Origin: Paraphysomonas bandaiensis
Lineage: Eukaryota; Protista; Chrysophyceae
Reading direction: 5' to 3'
DNA: 64,000 bases
Assembly: GCA_965644295.1 (NCBI GenBank)
Contig: CBFFRP010000052.1
Span: 1-64,000, forward strand
Shown here: piece after piece, positions 1 to 12,291 of the stretch
How the letters are laid out: each line of letters starts with the position of its first letter
How positions within the stretch are numbered: position 1 is the first letter of the stretch
The notes under the pieces: model-generated
What the model saw: the letters and a program-made list of their open reading frames with translations, nothing else
What the model was told of the DNA's origin: nothing
Databases searched by the model: none
Translations under genes and position numbers: made by a program

Positions 1-35
1 ATAAGTACAGGAGATAATTTTCTTAAGGTAAACAG

Positions 36-261
36 CCCTGTCACCCTTCAGATGGGCCCATTCCCGGAGGCCTGTTTATTCGTCAAAGCCCAAAAGACGT
101 CTATACAAGTGACACCTATATTTATAGCATTTGGCTCTCTGAGTGGGCAGCACAATATCGGCTGACTATACATACATATGCGGCTGACGTTAGTTTCCCG
201 GAGAAATCTCTCCGGTACCTACAGAACACCACAAAAAGGTGCGAGTCCGACTTTGTTGAGG
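36..261 (-). repeat. Dispersed repeat family A, partial copy (conserved terminus CCCTCAACAAAGTCGGAC end)
   Basis: Reverse complement aligns by eye with 22597-22860. It ends in ...AAAAAGGTGCGAGTCCGACTTTGTTGAGG, as do the copies at 33252 and 50868. A further + strand fragment lies at about 313-362. Confidence 0.85.
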
Positions 262-817
262 CAATTCTATGTTCACTGTCTACTGTAAGTATAATAGCAT
301 CCGTGGGTTTTCGATTGCCTACTGGAGACAAGCATCCGGGATGACTTCACCTTCGAGGACTCAAAAATCCTGAAGTCAGTAGATGATGGAAAGCCCTTTC
401 TCTATCCTCGCTTTTATTAGTAAAAAGTAAGAATTATTTCGGAGAAAGCTTCTTTCAGGGTGGTTTGGAGGGTAAAAAGTGAGAAAGGGGATCGCCTCCT
501 TCTTTCCTCCTCGTTTTCCAGTAATAGTTGACAATCACTACGTAGTTCTTATTATTTAGGTATGTTACTCTCACTTGAAGGTTAATATTAGATTATATAT
601 ACGAACTGTGACGATAAGTCAGAACAGCCCGATGGAAAGAAGTTCTAATCTACAGGTGCTTTACTGAGCGACATGAATGTGACATCCGAAACAAGAAAAG
701 CACTGACATGAAAAAATCATGCCAAAAAGTATTTATCAAAGCTATTATATTATTACAATTTAGAAGTGAGTGGTATATCGTAACTAACAGTGCAGGAATA
801 GATATAGCAGCGGTGGC

Positions 818-2102
818 CTAGCAACTCAGCTGCATTACTTCTTGTGGGTAAGCAGAGTCGTGCTCCCGTAACTGCGCACTCCGACGCAGCCTATCACGCT
901 TTGAGATCGCTCTGGCTTCTGCAACATCTTCCTTCTCCGCTTCCATATATTGTCGGAGACGCTCCAGACCGCGAAGATTATCTATACCAGAAGGTTGTCG
1001 GGACCATGACCGCTGCAGCTCCTCAGCTGGATTCGCGGGACTTTGCAGCCTGAGACATGGTAGTTCTCTTAGAATGAATTTACATGTAGTCAATCATGTT
1101 TCTATGAACTACAATGTATACGACAGATACAAGCGGCATATATGCCACATTAAGCACTTCTGGTACTCACTTTCTCCTCTTCTGGTACATATCATGGTGG
1201 GGTTCGGGGCCTCCCCTTCTTTCGTGGAGCAAGCTCTCTGAAGGCGTGCCACCTGCGAGGAGCGTCAGTGCGAACACCAGCCCTGTTCTCCATAAGTGGG
1301 TCTTGAGACACATCTCTTGCATTCCTAACCCGGCTCTCAAACGACATAAAAGTCTTCGGTTTCTGTGCAGCCTCAGTGGTTTTTCTGGTATCCTGGATTA
1401 GTCGGCCCGCAATCGTTGTTTCTCCTATTCGAAGTCTTCGTCTCCGAAGAAAGTGGGTTCAAAAAATACTCCTCATACCTTGTAGATCCTGGTGTCTTAT
1501 TGACCCCAATCTCTTTGAATGATGGATCCAACCCTGAATTAACACAGTCAACACACATCCACCATACAGTTGACACATATTCAATGCACACACCAAGCGT
1601 TTCCATGAGGTCCATACACCAGTCCATGTAGTCGAGATGAGAATTTAGATTTTCCTTACGCCAAGCGTGCTCCGACATGTTTTTGACTATACGTTCGGCC
1701 TCCTCTTCGCTGATATCATGTTTCTCTGCCAGGCGCGATGTTGTCATAATCTCGGGCTCATTAGAGGTGATCCTCATACACCGCCATCCACGAATTGGAT
1801 ATATCTAATACTCCTCTCTCACGCATATGCTCTTCTCGTTCCTTCATCAGATAGAGTATGGCCTGTGCACGCTGATACTCATACCGTAACGGCATAGCAA
1901 GCGTCTTGCTGGTCCACTTCTTGGGATCACTCTGGTGCTTTTTAAACATTTCAAGGCGTTTCCCCTCTGTCACATATGTGTTCGCCACATGCTTTAGTCA
2001 ACAGGAGTGTTTTCTGCTTCAACCAGCCAATCAGGCTCCTCGGATGAAAAATTAGAGAAACTCGCTATCTGAATGTGAGGGCCTTACCGACTAACGCCGC
2101 AT
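818..2102 (-). CDS. Probable mitochondrial ribosomal protein mS45/Bot1-like; intron-containing, apparent frameshifts; 3' end approximate
   Basis: Joining frames gives EMFKKHQSDPKKWTSKTLA-RYGMSI-RAQAILYLMKERE, which resembles the helix-turn-helix 'wt...LA..yGi...Rv.AIl.L' motif of the Bot1/mS45 family. The N-terminus is Arg/Ser-rich. ORFs 1761-1988, 1373-1777 and 818-1093 appear to be pieces of one gene. Confidence 0.4.
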
Positions 2103-2504
2103 GCAGCCCCAGAGACTCGACCAACTGCCCTCACAGAGCTACTCAATACACGGATCATAACGGCAACAGAGCGATATGATTACTAAGCCTAAATACTCTA
2201 ATGAGATGGGGGTGCACACGCAGCAAACAACTAGGCGGCCTGCGCAGAGCCAGAGCGGAGCAATCACACACACACACAGCAGCAGAGCACTCTGTGGTGG
2301 AAAAAATACCTGTATGGTCGTGGTATACAGCAGAATACTGTGTATTCTAACCTGGTATACTGAAATACGGTGACTGTAGTCGAGAGAGTGCGTTGATCTC
2401 TATGAGCTGAGTGAGCTGAGGAGTTGGGAGTTAAGTTACTGTTAGTTGAGGTGAAGCGCTGACCACACATTAGCTTCAAGGTTCACAGTTTATTTGGTGC
2501 GCTC

Positions 2505-3392
2505 ATGTTTTTCCTCAAGAAACTGCGCCGTGATATTCAGCTTGAACCTATTCATTTTGGACCGAATTTAAAGGAGCATGTAAAAATTGGGGTGCCTGTG
2601 GAGATGCTGTCGTGCAGGTAATTTTATGGGTTTGACAGAGATAGAGTTAGGAGGGAGCTACTGGGGTCGTCGTTAGGGAAACATGGTTACGTTATTGAGG
2701 TACTGTGACTCCATGCGTACTGACTATGCGCCTGAATGATTGTTGCATCTCGTGTGCTCGTCATCTTACGCAGGTAAATTGAAATTGCAGATGAAGATAT
2801 CATATTCGGACTTTTAGGTATGCTTTACGTGTGTGCTACAAGTGAACCTTATCCGCCAGACAATGATTCCGGTGCTGTGAACGTGACGGCATGGTATAGT
2901 GCGATTCTTTGCGACCCTTCCCCAACGAAGTATTGGATGCTGTTGTGGTCAATACTACAGAGGTGCGTTTGTTCCGCTCTCCTTGATAGTATTTTCTTAC
3001 CATATATCGACAGAGTGGATTTTTTGCGAGTGTGGGACCCTTGGTTATATTTGTATCACGCCATGTGAGTTGGTTGTGCAAGTTTGTGTGTTTCTATATA
3101 TGTGGGTTATGTAATTCCTGCGCAGGCGATGACCGAAGACATACGGTATGACTACACTAGGGAGACTGCTGGTGCTCAGACGACCAAGTTGAAATCAGGG
3201 AGGGATCTGTGGTTCGGCTTCGTATTATGGGTATCACAGTGGAAGCTGGAGCTGTGGTAAGCTTCATGTGTATCACCATTAATGTGTTCCATACCGCCCT
3301 ACTATCACACATCATGATTTTTATGCGTCTTTTTCATACAGGGGGCTGTGGGAACTATTAAAGATAACTACCTTGGACACTACGAGGAGTAG
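2505..3392 (+). CDS. RPB7: DNA-directed RNA polymerase II subunit RPB7 (about 7 exons; single-base indels in the assembly)
   Basis: Exons translate to MFFLKKLRRDIQLEPIHFGPNLKEHVK / DRVRRELLGSSLGKHGYVIE / ...WYSAIL(L)RPFPNEVLDAVV / SGFFASVGPLVIFVSRH / ...VRLRIMGI / GAVGTIKDNYLG*. These match the RPB7 motifs (HPxxFGP, GKYGFVI, RPFKGEVVDAVV, GSLMDDYLG). Confidence 0.9.
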
Positions 3393-4474
3393 ATTAGTCA
3401 CAGACGGGTGTTGTATGTGGGTTGCTGCTGTGCTACATTCTTTTCTCTTTTGCTACGTTTTAAAGTTAATTTTAAGTATCGATACCGTAGAATATTCAAT
3501 GTTTGTGTTTTACAGCGGTATAATTGAAATTGTGTGTGTGTAGTGTAATGGTGAAGGACTATAGTATGAATATCAAGTATCAATCTGTTACTATGTTGAG
3601 TATTGCTGTTTGTGAGAAGCATTAAAAGCTATATTTCGCTCGCAGGTATTAGAATTATGACCGATACTTCAAATTCAATTCACAATTTATTATTAACCAC
3701 TAAGATCTGATAATATTGAGTGGTAGTTGAAAGAATATAATTGTGTGAATATCAATAAGTGATGACTTTTTATTATAACAATATAAATAATATATAAAGT
3801 TATTAATTTTATTTAAGAATATAAATAATATATAAAGTAATTATAACTTATTAATAATAAGTTATAAGTTAAACTTACAAAGAGAAGGAATTACAACCGA
3901 AGGTTGTAATTGGAAACACTCGAAGAGAAGAGGCCCCTTGAGGGGCATGTGGGGTAGAAAAGAGGCCCCCCTCGTCCCCGCCTCCCCGTTTTTTTTGGCT
4001 AAGTTGTGACCAAACAATGGCTAAATTTTTCACTTCAAACACTTTGTATAGCTATGATATTTCAGCTTATAGTTGATTATTATTTATTTGGTCAATACAT
4101 TGTGCTATCGTATGAAAAAAATAGTACTTCAATAGATACGAATATGTTACTTAATATATGATATATGACGTGTGTGACATATAAAAGAGCCAGAATATAT
4201 AACTAAACCTGATTATTATGCCGTATCAAGTGTCTGCATTAAGACAACCAATTTAGAACTGAAAATTTTCAGTTCTAATATTATTAAATAAGGCAGGATA
4301 ACACAACACATACACAGGGCAATATAGCAAGATCATCCGAAGCATTCACACCAATCACTGGTTGAATTAATAATGAAGCTCGCTCTGATTCATTCCGTAA
4401 GATCATATAATATTAGTAAGAAAAACAATGTCAATGTATGTGGTATTCAAACGAAAAACGGTACAAATTGATCG

Positions 4475-5758
4475 TTAAACGATATCAGTGACAGAGTACG
4501 GAGATACGTCATTTCGTTCACTCTCAAGATCTTTCGATGGGGTAAAATGGGTTTGCCAGAGTGATTCCTCCACTCCGCGTGTTTGCGGAACATACTTTAC
4601 CGGGCTCACTGTCATCGGCAATGTCGACTTGATGGGGTTGATTTGTGCCAATATATCACTGGAGGCAAGTTCCAAGAGCTCAGAAATTTCGAGAAAATCT
4701 GAAGGATCTGCCCCTGTTGCTTCACTGAGCTCAATGTTCCATATATTTTGCAAACCAAGAGTCTTGCGAGAAATATATATGATAGCCGCGGCTATTAATG
4801 ACGCTGGAAACCTTTTGAACCGTGTGTCGAGGATGGCCAGGGTGGACAGCAAAGACAGCTGCTTCTGTAGAAGTGTGTCAAGTGCACTACGTCCACACGG
4901 AATATGTTCTTCATCATCAGTCTCAGAAACAACACCAAGAGATGAGAAGCAGCACAGAAACGCTAGAGGAGTTCGGGCTAAAATAATTAAATTAGAATCA
5001 TGCAGGGTAACTAAGTCAAACTTACCATTAAGTTTCCACCCCATTTGCTTCAAAATCCACAATTCATACTCCAGCGCGACATTGTAAGGAATATCATGTT
5101 CGATAATAGCACTAAATGACTTTAGATCGGGTAGATCTTCTTCCATTTCATTATACTTAGCTGTAACAAAACATAAGAACAAAATGTAGCACAGAAAGTA
5201 GAGAAGTAACGTACATGCTATAGTAATGCAACAGATTGCTACTGTTTGCCATTGAAAGGTTGAGAATTTCTCGTTAGGCTGAATTCTATCCATATAGGAT
5301 ATAGCCGCATGAATCGTTGTTGGATGCAAGTCAAAGTACTCTCCAAGGTCAAACATCCATTCGGCAACTCTGGATCGAAACTGTTTGCATAAACATTACA
5401 CCAATACGAATACTATACTGCTCCCTTACTCGAAGATAAGATGATCGAAGATTTTTGAAATGATGCTCTCTCTGGTCACTTATCATGGAAGTAACGATGC
5501 TCTTCACATCCTTACTACTCAACACTCCCCAGGGCTCAGGTAGCTATAGCACAGCACAGGACATACATGAGACCATACGACATGACAGGCAGCTGGTCAT
5601 GTCCTCACCTTAGGGGCTCTTGTCCTCCTATAAGAGGTACGCTTCCTGATTACTGGAGACTGATATACACCACATGACTCTCATGGCTGCATACATACAC
5701 AGACAGTCACCTGGAAGTGAGTCTCAATGTTCTCGAAGTTCATAGTTGTTGAAGCCAT
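4475..5758 (-). CDS. Cyclin (D-type-like; cyclin N and C boxes), multi-exon
   Basis: FRSRVAEWMFDLGEYFDLHPTTIHAAISYMDR...WQTVAICCITIAAKYNE...ELWILKQMGWKL...TPLAF...FPASLIAAA is a cyclin box. The 5' exons are joined via GT-AG introns up to an ATG at 5758 (or 5743). Confidence 0.9.
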
Positions 5759-6266
5759 ATGAGTTACTCGATACTCTTTGCGGTCATGTGATAAGAGTGC
5801 AGCGGTTGATTAAGCTCACAGTATGATCCCTGGACACACTGTTGGTCGGTATATATATAGGAGGATGTATGTATGTATGGGCCGGTAGATGGATCTAATC
5901 AGCTCACTTCATACTTCTGTACACGCCTCTGCTGCTGTAGTATGGACGTACACATGGTGCGTATGTTCTGCTCCAGCATTTCAAAATAACACCAACAGCA
6001 GTTGGATCGCATAATCCCAACAGTCACCTGAATCTTGAAGGGAATGTGCGCCCTTCAGTTTCCCATCCCATGAAAATCCCTGTTTTCAGCTTCAATCACC
6101 ATTTTCTGGATTAGAAAATATGGGTCTCTTTATGAAAATATGGGAATAAATTAGCCAATCCACATCCTGAGAATCCAATATCAGTCATAGGATTGGAGGA
6201 TATATCGTCTAGGGGTTGTCGCACGTCGCACACCTGCTGCGAACAAATAGAATTCTATGATCGACG

Positions 6267-6705
6267 ATGAGGGAAGCATGGGCCAAATTTATAGAGAGGA
6301 CTGACCAGATGTTCTTACGGATACGCCCGCAGACAGAGACAGGCAGACATGCACAGATAACGATCGTATATCTTCTGTCGTTGGCAGCGTATTATCTTCC
6401 TTTCATTGCTAGTGATCCTCTCTGTACACGTGGGCCTCATGATGTACTCTGTGGTCGGAGACTGCAGCTGCAGTGACACGTATGACGTGATGTTTTATTT
6501 GGAGAATCTTCCATCAAATTTTCAGGCACAGGAACTGGTGGGTGAGTTCGAGCGGTATGGAGTGCTGCGGCAGGTGTCGTTCGACTATGAGATATATTTC
6601 AACCATACGGTCTACACAGGGAAGGGTACAGTCTTAATGACCGTACCTTCCACACTACAGTGTGAAAAGATTGCCCAAAACTTGAGTCAGATACTGACTA
6701 AATAA
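6267..6705 (+). CDS. Small putative gene or fragment with a hydrophobic segment and an RRM-like beta-alpha unit
   Basis: FYLENLPSNFQAQELVGEFERYGVLRQVSF...TGKGTV resembles RNP2/helix/RNP1 of an RRM. The start and frame junction are unresolved. Confidence 0.3.
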
Positions 6706-7649
6706 ACGCCGACTTATAAGGCGAATATACAGGATACAATAATTATTAGTTATAATTTTGTATTGTAAGTGCGACATATCGTGCATACTATTTTATATAG
6801 ACAACAATCAGGAGTTTATTCTTGGCAACGTAAAATTCAAAGAAATGAAAGCATTTATTGACACTATTGCCTTAATTACTTGTAAATGAATATTCTATAT
6901 AGTTGCATGATGAGTTTTGATACATCAACTATGTTTACGATAATAAAGTTAACAATGTTCGCGTATTGAATTCCTATAATTGTTCTATAAAGTCATACAT
7001 TACTATGCACTAACGGTTCTAACGTAATTCTTATATATTCATACACACGATGCTCTTAACTTTCGATAGGAACTGAAATACCAACACATGAACTATAACT
7101 GGCTATTGTTTTTCTAAAGCACGATTTCTAGTATCCCCATGTTCTAGATTTATATCCCTGGTGAAGCTACCATACAATAGAATGCTCTTACAATCCACTT
7201 GACGACAACGTAAAATATTTGTGTCTATTATTCCATTCCATTCTGTGAAGTAGTATTCTGTGCGCAGTGCGGATATTAAATACACTTGGTTCCAATGTAT
7301 TTTTGCTTGCGAACTTTAACATACTGGTTTCTCTTCCACTCCTCTATCTTCATTCTTTATTATGGCTTTATATCAAAGGAGAGTGTTAGATTTTAATTTT
7401 TAAAACTTGGTGCTAGCTTTGTAGGCTTAGGAGAGATAATAAAAACGCTATGTTACTAAACCACCAACACGAATACTTCAATATTGGATAGCATATGTTA
7501 AATTTTCCTATTTTTAATATTCGTTTTTCTCCTATTGTTTTATGTGTGTGTGTTTAATACAGACCGCACACAACGAGAATACCAATTAGAGCCGACAGTG
7601 CTACAGAGTAGTAGTTGGTCATATTTTTAAGTATTGATCACCGTAGTAT

Positions 7650-8110
7650 GTTTGTTACCAGAGTGCTGCATCGTCCCGAGTTTTAATAATATTTCGACAA
7701 TGAACAATACTCCTTACCCCTAGATTAAATTGCAGCTTGTCCTCATGATGTAGAAAATCTAATATACCTACAAACTCTACCTTTTTTAGCTTACTTTTTG
7801 TTAGAGAAAATACGTGTACCCTAGTTAACATTAATAAAACATTGATGATGAATGTAAAGCGTTGTAGTTGTAAGAGGCTTTTGTCATCATAATCATATAT
7901 ATACAACACGCTCATCAACCCCTGCTATTGCAACTGACTAGAATGCAGTGTGTAGGATATGAGACACATATTCCTGATATGCAAGACCTAAACCCTGAAA
8001 GGACTGGGTGCTGCTGCTCCAATTACCTTCGGAATCAGATGTGGCATTTGAAATCTCCTGCAAAATTCATAAAGAATTGTTTCGAAGTCCAAGCTATGAC
8101 TTAGAGTGTG
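7650..8110 (-). repeat. Dispersed degenerate coding-like repeat family B, copy 1
   Basis: Shares ATACTCCTTA.CCCTAG.TTAAATT..AGCTT.TCCTCATGATG and ATCAGAT.TGGCA...TTTCGAA blocks with 8360-8910 and 18400-19220. Confidence 0.7.
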
Positions 8111-8359
8111 TGATGTGTGATGATCTAATTTTGAAAGTTCACAAATCATTGTGTATTGTGTATTTCTCTACAATTGTGTATTATGATAAAATTACTATCA
8201 AATGACTGTCAATAACATAATTACGATAAAAGGACGTTTCCGTTTCAACCGAATATTGAAGTTGAATGTCTCTATTTACTATTTAGCCGATACTGATATG
8301 AGCGTTCCGTTAAATCCAATTGAGTCCTAAAATATTTTTGACACAAACTGGGGATAAAT

Positions 8360-8910
8360 TATATATAACCACTGGTAGTAAGGAGGCTATATTATATAGT
8401 CCCGCGCTTAAAATTTTGAAACGAGGGTGAAAATATCCCGAGTTTTAAAATTTAGACAAGGGACGATACTCCTTCTCCCTAGAAATTAAAATTATAGCTT
8501 ATCCTCATGATGTTGAAAACTATATAATATTAGTAGATTGTATCTACTATTATCTGTAGCTTGCTTACTATAAGAAGAAATAGATGTTTCCTGATTAACA
8601 TTAAGAAAACAAATGAATGGTACGTATACTGTGTATAGAGATCAATTCAAACAATAAACCCTCAAGTTTCTATATATATATAATAGCTACAACAAATAGA
8701 AGGATACTAAGGGAATAGCAACTGCGAGGTATTGAAATTCGTTCATAAGTGTGATGATGAATGTGAACAGTTGTAGTCGCACGAAAGAGTTCTTATTGCC
8801 TTAATTTCATCATCATCACCCCATACGCTTAAGTGCATATATGATGTGTGTATGATATGAGGCACACAATATCCTCATAAACACCATGTAACCCAAACCC
8901 TAAAAGAACG
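8360..8910 (-). repeat. Dispersed degenerate coding-like repeat family B, copy 2
   Basis: Long near-collinear match to 18400-18970, for example GATTAACATTAAGAAAACAAA, TAGAAGGATACT.AGGGAATAGCAACTGCGA and AAATGTGAACAGTTGTAGTCGCACGA. Confidence 0.85.
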
Positions 8911-8923
8911 AGATATATTATTC

Positions 8924-9125
8924 AACCTAGTCAATTTGGTTGAATTTCCTAGTCATACTATTTTCGGTGTAAAAACCTAGTCAAAGCAATAAATGACTGA
9001 ACCTAGCCAATGATATTATTAAACCTAGTCGTTCTGATATCCATTGATTACACATTGTGACTGTCTAAGATACGCGCACACACCACACAACATATTGATG
9101 GCACGGAGAGCATCACAACAAACAT
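8924..9125 (+). repeat. Repeat family C: five phased (AA)CCTAGTC motifs plus a conserved tail, copy 1
   Basis: CCTAG at 8926, 8948, 8976, 9002 and 9024, followed by TATCCATTGATTACACA.TGTGACTGTCTA. The second copy is at 41069. Confidence 0.85.
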
Positions 9126-9763
9126 AGCACTTAATTCATATATGCATATCTACTTTGCAGTGTATGTGTATGCAGCATTTGTATAGCTTATTAGTGTACG
9201 ATGGGTCCCTTATCAGTGTTATGAGGAGGAGGAGTGGTCAGTGAAGCTGTGCTGTGGACATAACCCCATGAATATACAGGCACGGATAACGTTGCTGATC
9301 TAGAAAGGGAAGCAAACGAAACAACAATTTTTGTGTCGTAGCCTTCTTAATTTAGACATCACTATTTCAATTTTTTATTTCTACAAAAGTATATAACACC
9401 ATTTGGTTTACTACTATCCAAAGAAACTAACTTTGCATATTCTTCTATATACTATATACTATTTCAGATCACGTTTTAAACCAGTATACCCTTCAGGGTT
9501 ATACCAACTAACTGGTCAGAAAGAGAATGACATGAAATTTTATGATAGGCTGTGAGCTATGAGATAGTTTAGACAAACTGAAATATATTGACTGCATAAG
9601 ATCATGACTATAGAAGAATGCTTACTGTTTTACTCGTTAGAGGGAACTATCATTCCTTTCAACTTTCCAAAGTCGTTTCAGTCAAGCTTGCTAAATAACA
9701 GTAAAAAAAGTAGCACAACGTACGCGTTAAGTTTCTGAATTTAATTAGGTGCTTAAATCAGGC

Positions 9764-11690
9764 TTATTTATTCACAGACATATCACCAAGAGCAGCTTCT
9801 AAGCCCTTGACTTCGTCGTCTTCATTTTCGTCCACTTCGTCTCCCACTTCATCAAGATCGTTATCACCATCTTCGTCGTTGTCCTCCATACCTGTTCAAC
9901 ATAACAGTAAGTCCAAAATTGACTACGCAATGTACTACGTGTTGAGGAATTATAAATCACATGTAGAAAGCATACCTCCTAATTTCTTGCCCGAAGCTTC
10001 AACAATTTGCTCAAGCATATCAATTCCTTCCTGGCAAATCTGATTGCCATCCACTGATAGAGTCTCAAAAGCAGGAAGCTTGCTGACAGCCCTATCACAG
10101 TACACAAACACAGCATATCAGACACATACATGTGAATGGTAGCTATTTCTCAGACAAGTGGGGCATAAGCAGTTCCCATGATCATATATGTCGATATGTC
10201 TACCTCGCAATTACCACAACACAGGCGGCTGTGAGCTCTGAGCAGCATATGGAAAGGGTTTTCAGCATCGGAAGCCTACAAACTGCTGAAGCAAGGCTGC
10301 GACATCCCTCTAGTTCCATCTCAGAATCATCAATAGAAAGGTTCTCCAGAGAGGGTACGTGTGAAAGCATGTTTACTACATCACCAATCACTTCCCCGTT
10401 GATATCATTTCCTGCACATACAACATTTAAGTGAAACCATGCGAATATTATATTTAATCAGTCACACTAGTATGCGACCAGAAACCTTCTAAAGAATACA
10501 TCAAACACATTCAATGCGACATACAGGTAAACAGTGATAGGATTTGACTTTCTCAAAAATCATTATTCTTATTTTAGCCATGTCAGATATGATATCACCA
10601 TGCTCACGTACCCGAGAGGTCAAGAGTCTGCAAAGGGGCTCTAGCTCGTTTAATGGCGCTGCAAACAGCAGTTACACCGTCTGTTCCAAGTCCGGCGTCA
10701 CGGAGATTAAGAGTTTTTAGGTTAATCTGTCCAGCATCGAATAAACGACCGCAATTGCCCAAATACATCGACTCACCTGATGCCCCAGGGCAGACGCAAG
10801 TGTTTCTCCCACTTCATCTCCAAAAGAGTTGTCGGAAACGTCCAGGTGCTCAAGAGTGCGTACCGAACATAATGCCTAATACATCCTCGATAACATATAT
10901 GGTCCACAAAGGAGTACGGGAATATCAATGTACATTATGGAAAGAAACAAAGCAATTGGATTATGGCCGTTCCTCTTACCTCTGCAATGGCCATGCATCC
11001 CTCAGATCCAGATCTTGTCGCAGAGTAGCGGAAATCTGATAGCTGGGAAGCTGCTGCTGCTACAATACGTGCCGAAGCAATGGCTCCAGCGCTACCGCTC
11101 ATGTTGTTGTAGAAATGAAGCACTTCTAATGGGGGACATCCATCAGCTAGAACCAAGTCGGAGATAAGTTCAGAGGCTTCAGCAGATAGACCGTTATTAC
11201 AGAAGTAGAGTTTCTGCACCAGTAGCAAGTTAATAGTCTTACTTCGAAGCAGATTTATGCACTACCTTGATGTTTTTGCCTTTCAAAATCCCCTGACACG
11301 CAATGACACCTTTCCTTCCTAGGGCATTATCACTAACGTTGACTTCAACTAAATCCCGGGGAGATAATGCATCACATATAATAGTGAGCACTTGAAGAGC
11401 TTCGTCTTCAGGTCGTCCGGCTATGATGTCACTGATGTCAGCTATGGTCACAGAAGTGAACTCCTTCAGCTTATTAGCGATCACTTCCGCCGCTGCCTGA
11501 CTGAAACTGCAACCCACATATGACACCACAGAGGAATACATAACATTCAGTACCTTTTGTTGCTGAGGCGAATGGCGGAGGGTGCGGCTATATCCTTACA
11601 GGAGGCAAGCAGCTCATGCGCCCTGTGCTCATCAACCATCTCTCTCCCCCCGCTCAACTCGAACACTTCGTTCTCAACAAAGGTTGCCAT
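9764..11690 (-). CDS. RANGAP1: Ran GTPase-activating protein (LRR, acidic C-terminal tail), multi-exon
   Basis: ADISDIIAGRPEDEALQVL, VNVSDNALGRKGV, LYFCNNGLS, LHFYNNMSGSAGA and FRYSATRSGSEG are diagnostic RanGAP LRRs. The tail reads EDNDEDGDNDLDE. Confidence 0.92.
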
Positions 11691-12291
11691 GTGAGTAACT
11701 TACAGTGTGTGTGGTTCGTCTTGTGAGTCTGTCAATACAAGGCAGAGCAGTGCAGTGTGGGCATGCCAGCATACGCATACAGCAAGTGCGGGCCTGAAAT
11801 ACATGGCAGAAAATATATGTGAAATACTGTACATACAGCTATACGGTGTACTACACCCCACAGGAAGTCTAGAAGTGTCAACAGCAGTATATCTGGTATA
11901 CTGCGGTATTCTCGAAATCAAGCCATTCTCTTTTTTCCCGAAATCTTCTTCTTTTTCAGCTCTATAATTTCCCGATATTTATTATATGTAGACTTGAGAG
12001 TTGAGAACATGCCACACGGTCTGCTGCAGGAACTACCAGTGGAATATTTCCCGTATGGACAGTGCGAGTATGGTGTACGTATACAGCAGTGTATAGTAGT
12101 GTACAGCAGTGTGTATGTACAGGATCTCACGTACAGCACTGTCTAGCTGTGTGTGAATGGCCCTCATATTTATGTACAGCGTACAGCCCTCTTCTCATAC
12201 CGTGTCGTCCACACACACAAGGAGCCATCCCCTTCCCTCCCCTCCCTTCCTCCTCGTCATTCAATAGTCTGATAACAGCCAAGTGAGGACC

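Noticed and set aside
818-3392. Multiple frameshifts in RPB7 and the mS45-like gene, suggesting RNA editing, programmed frameshifting or pseudogenes
   Set aside because: The indels are single bases, several in homopolymers (GTAAATTGAA for GTAATTGAA; CTTTGCGA for CTTTTGCGA). They are confined to the first 3.4 kb, while a 12-kb ORF elsewhere is intact. Long-read consensus error is most likely; read polishing or RNA-seq would settle it.
4488-5087. Antisense ORFs overlapping real genes (also 47693-48280, 34726-35028, 61916-63715)
   Set aside because: These are shadow ORFs of the coding strand or of coding tandem repeats.
8924-9032. CRISPR-like repeat-spacer appearance of the AACCTAGTC array
   Set aside because: The repeats are only 9 bp with 13-19 bp spacers, the spacers are homologous between the two copies, there are no cas genes, and the context is eukaryotic.
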